DNA of 62,087 bases, the filler included. It is 4 parts of 4 records of this genome, joined end to end, with 100 filler letters (N's around TTAATTAATTAA, not from the genome) between each part and the next. Parts side by side here need not be neighbours in the genome. Positions count along the whole stretch, not along the records: positions 54,895 to 62,087 come from SRR31156797_4531; 3 more parts are not named here. One strand, written 5' to 3'. The stretch's first letter is position 1, and the number at the start of each line of letters is the position of its first letter. Shown piece after piece: positions 58,788 through 62,087 of this stretch. The position numbers and the translations under genes are program-made. A model generated the notes under the pieces. The model searched no databases and was not told the DNA's origin. It was given only the letters and a program-made list of their open reading frames with translations.

Positions 58788-59981
58788 ATGGCATTAAATA
58801 CAGAAGGTTATATAGAGAGTCGAGGGTTCATCGTAACGGGTGACAACGAAATCGTTGCAACCGCCGAAGAACGTTTCAACACGGATAATGATGCCCCGCA
58901 GGAGCTCAAACAGACTAAAGGCTCCGCTCCTGAAGAAATAATTGCGCCTTACTTCAAGGAAATGAAGCAAATTCCGCTTCTTAACGCCAAACAGGAAAAA
59001 CAGCTGGGTAAGCGAATTAAAGACGCCCAGACCGAACTCCTGAGGCTGGCCCTGGCCGTTAAAACCACTTTCGAACCTTTGCGCGGCTTTCAAAAAATGC
59101 TGCGACAATGGAGAAAGAAAAAGAAAAACTCCCGTGAACCTATTGAATTTATATTCAAAGAACTGGACGACGTTATTGAAGCCATAAAGTTAACGTCGCG
59201 CCCCGGCAAGGATTTGCGGCAGTTTGCGAAAAAAGCGGACGTCCTGAGGCTCGAACTGTCCATCGCCATGAGTGAAATGGTGGAAGCCAACCTCAGGCTT
59301 GCGGTAAGCATTGCCAAAAGATATGCGCGACGCGGCCTGCCCTTGCCCGACCTCATCCAGGAAGGAAACCTGGGTTTGATGAAGGCCGTGGCCAGGTTTG
59401 ATTATACAACAGGAAACCGTTTCTCGACATTTGCCTCCTGGTGGATCAGGCAGACCATATCCCGTGCGCTTTGCGACCAGGGGCGGACTATCAGGGTCCC
59501 TGTCCATTTCCAGGAAATTCGCAACCAGTTTTATCGCTGCTTTTTCGAACTGGTGAAAGAATTCGGGCGTGAACCGACACCCGCGGAAATATCCGACCGG
59601 TCCGGCCTCAGCCTGGAAAAGATCCTGACCATACTACAAGTCAACAGGGAGCCGATTTCTTTAATGACTCCAGTGAGTGAAGATGGCGACTCCCTAGGAG
59701 ACCTTATAGAAAACCACGACGCTGTTTCTCCCCTTGAGGCGGCGGAAGAATCCGAAATGTTGAAATTGACGGAGCAGGCCCTGGCGACCCTGAGCGACAG
59801 GGAACGCCAAATACTGGCCATGCGTTTTGGACTTGGAGACCTGGACCCCTGCACGCTGGAAGAAGTGGGGGCCAGCCTGAATATATCCAGGGAACGCGTC
59901 CGGCAGCTCGAAAAGCGGGCTCTAAACCGACTGCGGCAGTCCCCGGAACGGCAGAAGCTTAAGACGAGTTTCTACGGCTAA
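58788..59981 (+). CDS. RpoD/RpoS-family sigma70 factor lacking region 1.1
   Basis: IPLL (1.2), ANLRLAVSIAKRY, DLIQEGNLGLMKAV, FSTFASWWIRQ, TLEEVG..ISRERVRQLE. Confidence 0.92.
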   Translation: MALNTEGYIESRGFIVTGDNEIVATAEERFNTDNDAPQELKQTKGSAPEEIIAPYFKEMKQIPLLNAKQEKQLGKRIKDAQTELLRLALAVKTTFEPLRGFQKMLRQWRKKKKNSREPIEFIFKELDDVIEAIKLTSRPGKDLRQFAKKADVLRLELSIAMSEMVEANLRLAVSIAKRYARRGLPLPDLIQEGNLGLMKAVARFDYTTGNRFSTFASWWIRQTISRALCDQGRTIRVPVHFQEIRNQFYRCFFELVKEFGREPTPAEISDRSGLSLEKILTILQVNREPISLMTPVSEDGDSLGDLIENHDAVSPLEAAEESEMLKLTEQALATLSDRERQILAMRFGLGDLDPCTLEEVGASLNISRERVRQLEKRALNRLRQSPERQKLKTSFYG

Positions 59982-60288
59982 ATAGCAGTAAGACAGGGCG
60001 AAATCGGGCGCCAATGTGCGCCCGATTTTTTTAGCCGGCATCGTCATCTTATGGAATGCAACTAATCCATATCCAATTTCGGCGCCGGTTCTTGGATGTA
60101 GAAACGCTTCTTCCCCCAACAGCCTCAAATAGCCATATAAATGACATATTAATGTTGCTGGCGCCTGTTTTTTCTTGTACAAATCAAGTTAGGGGCTAAT
60201 GGCTCCTGAATATTTAACGCGGGCTGGTTCAAAGAAATCATGGAACCGCGGAAAAAGGGATAATACTTATCAACCGGGTGTCAACACT

Positions 60289-62087
60289 GTGAAATCAGAT
60301 CAAAATAGTCTTTTAAGCCATATCGGCAATACTCCCCTTGTGGAAATCCGGAGCCTTTCCCCCAATCCTGATGTAAAAATTATGGCCAAACTCGAATATG
60401 CCAACCCTGGAGGCTCCGTCAAGGACAGGGTGGCCAAGGCCATGATCGAAGCAGGCGAAAGAAGCGGCGAACTGACCAGGGATAAGACCGTTATTGAAGC
60501 CACAAGCGGCAACACCGGCATAGGCCTGGCCCTGGTTTCAGCGATCAAGGGCTACCGCCTGGTGCTGGCCATGAGCGAATCCGTCAGCATGGAGCGCCGC
60601 CAGATTCTGACCGCCCTGGGTGCGGAAATCCTGCTGACTCCCGGACACTTGGGCACTGATGGAGCAATAGAGGAAGTCTATAGGCTTGCCAGGGAATATC
60701 CGGATAAATACTTTCTAACGGATCAATATAACAACCCGGCCAATATCGAAGCCCACTATCACGGCACCGGACCCGAAATTTGGGCACAAACCGATGGCGC
60801 CATGGACGTTTTTGTTGCTTCCATTGGCACAACCGGGGCCTTGATGGGCTGCTCCAAACGCCTCAAGGAATATAATCCGAACATAAAAATCGTCGGCGTG
60901 GAACCATATCTCGGCCACAAGATCCAGGGATTGAAAAATCTCAAGGAAGCATACGTGCCGGGCATCTTTGACCGTTCCCGTATCGACGAACTGGTTAATA
61001 TCGATGATGAAGACGCTTTTGAAATGGCCCGTCGCCTGGCCAGGGAAGAAGGGATCTTCGTAGGCATGAGTTCCGGGGCGGCCATGCATATAGCGGTCGA
61101 ACAGGCCCGGCAGTTGGAATCCGGCGTCGTGGTCGTGATCCTGCCCGACGGCGGCGAGCGGTACCTGAGCACAAACCTGTTTGTGCCCAAGGAAAAGACG
61201 TCCCTGAAATTCTACAATGTCCTTTCCAGCGCCAAGGAAGATTTTCTATCCATCAAGTCCGGGAAAGTCGGTATGTATTCCTGCGGCCCCGCGCTTTACG
61301 CACCCCGGCAGGTAGCCACTTATAGACACCTGGTCATGGCCGATCTGCTCAAGCGATACCTTGGTCATCGAGGTTTCGAAGTCCGGCAGGTTTTGAACCT
61401 GGTGGACATGGATGACAGGACCATCAACGCTTCCAACGAAGCAGGAATGGATATAAAAGAATTTACCGAAAAGTACTTTCAGGAATTTCTTGACGACTGT
61501 GACGAACTGAACATAAAACGAGCGGATGTGTACCCCAGGGCCAGTGAAAATGTGAAAGAAATGGTCGCATTGTCACAAAAACTGGCGGAAAAAGGGGCCG
61601 CCTATGAAAAACTACGCTCATTGTATTTCGACATCTCACGCTTCAGGGAATACGGATTGCTGTCCGGCGTGGATCTGTCAAAAATAAGACTGGGAAAAAC
61701 AGTCGACCTGGATGTGTACGAAAAAGAAAATCCCAGGGATTTCACTCTGTTCAAACGCTCAACCCTGGCTGAATTAAAAAAGGGCCTCTATTACAATACC
61801 GAATGGGGGGCTGTTCGCCCGGGCTGGCATATTCAGTGCGCGGCCATCAGCACCAGGCACCTTGGCAATGAATTCGATATTCATACCGGAGGCCGCGACC
61901 TGAACTTTCCACATTACGAAAATGTAAACGCTGTTGGGAATGCCGCATACGGCCATTCACCGGCCAGGTATTGGGTGCACAGCGAACTGGTTCTGGTTAA
62001 CGGCCAAAAAATGTCCCGCTCCCTCGGGAATGCTCCAACAATAAATGATTTGTTAAAACAAGGCTTTTCCGGCCGCACGATTCGATA
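60289..62087 (+). CDS. Cysteine synthase fused to a cysteinyl-tRNA synthetase-like domain (3' partial, absent from ORF track)
   Basis: Stop-free frame: IGNTPL, NPGGSVKDR, EATSGNTG, GTTG, GMSSGA, PDGGERYLS, then LKFYN, YSCGP, PGWHIQC, DIHTGG.DL.FPH, KMSRSLGN. Alternative ATG at 60199. Confidence 0.92.
   Translation, partial: MKSDQNSLLSHIGNTPLVEIRSLSPNPDVKIMAKLEYANPGGSVKDRVAKAMIEAGERSGELTRDKTVIEATSGNTGIGLALVSAIKGYRLVLAMSESVSMERRQILTALGAEILLTPGHLGTDGAIEEVYRLAREYPDKYFLTDQYNNPANIEAHYHGTGPEIWAQTDGAMDVFVASIGTTGALMGCSKRLKEYNPNIKIVGVEPYLGHKIQGLKNLKEAYVPGIFDRSRIDELVNIDDEDAFEMARRLAREEGIFVGMSSGAAMHIAVEQARQLESGVVVVILPDGGERYLSTNLFVPKEKTSLKFYNVLSSAKEDFLSIKSGKVGMYSCGPALYAPRQVATYRHLVMADLLKRYLGHRGFEVRQVLNLVDMDDRTINASNEAGMDIKEFTEKYFQEFLDDCDELNIKRADVYPRASENVKEMVALSQKLAEKGAAYEKLRSLYFDISRFREYGLLSGVDLSKIRLGKTVDLDVYEKENPRDFTLFKRSTLAELKKGLYYNTEWGAVRPGWHIQCAAISTRHLGNEFDIHTGGRDLNFPHYENVNAVGNAAYGHSPARYWVHSELVLVNGQKMSRSLGNAPTINDLLKQGFSGRTIR

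Noticed and set aside
1-62087. CRISPR arrays, tRNA/rRNA genes, IS elements, defence systems
   Set aside because: None recognised by eye. Short ncRNAs could be missed without a covariance search.

Overview
The window is four unrelated contigs joined by three 100-bp artificial spacers (N-run/TTAATTAATTAA/N-run at 30413-30512, 42010-42109, 54795-54894), so gene neighbourhoods must not be read across them. Contig 1 (1-30412, Desulfovibrionaceae-like by inference): metal-complex ABC transporter, PfpI/RHH pair, EF-hand protein, a ten-gene oxygen-defence cluster (perR-rbr-dfx-rdl-rub-roo-HEAT protein-cydA-cydB-ftn), atypical LytTR regulator + acs, LysR/SMR islet, phoR-pit-DUF47, POTRA/TPR protein, ArnT-like glycosyltransferase, rlmN, and a P1B ATPase/FeoA operon. 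Contig 2 (30513-42009, also Desulfovibrionaceae-like): LysR, TPR protein, M48 peptidase, tandem cNMP-binding paralogues, degenerate GGDEF-TPR protein, arylsulfatase, panC-panD-metK. Contig 3 (42110-54794, higher GC, spirochaete-like by inference): HD-GYP, J-like protein, UDPGP, hisI, YkgJ, M23 peptidase, DAHP synthase, NagZ, ilvB-ilvN. Contig 4 (54895-62087, Desulfobacterota-like): lsrF, aldolase/SDR fusion, VOC protein, a sigma70 factor, and an ORF missing from the ORF track that fuses an intact PLP cysteine synthase to a cysteinyl-tRNA-synthetase-like domain with degenerate catalytic motifs. That fusion is the most interesting item. No rRNA, tRNA, CRISPR array or transposase was recognised. 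All calls come from reading motifs by eye, with no database search.
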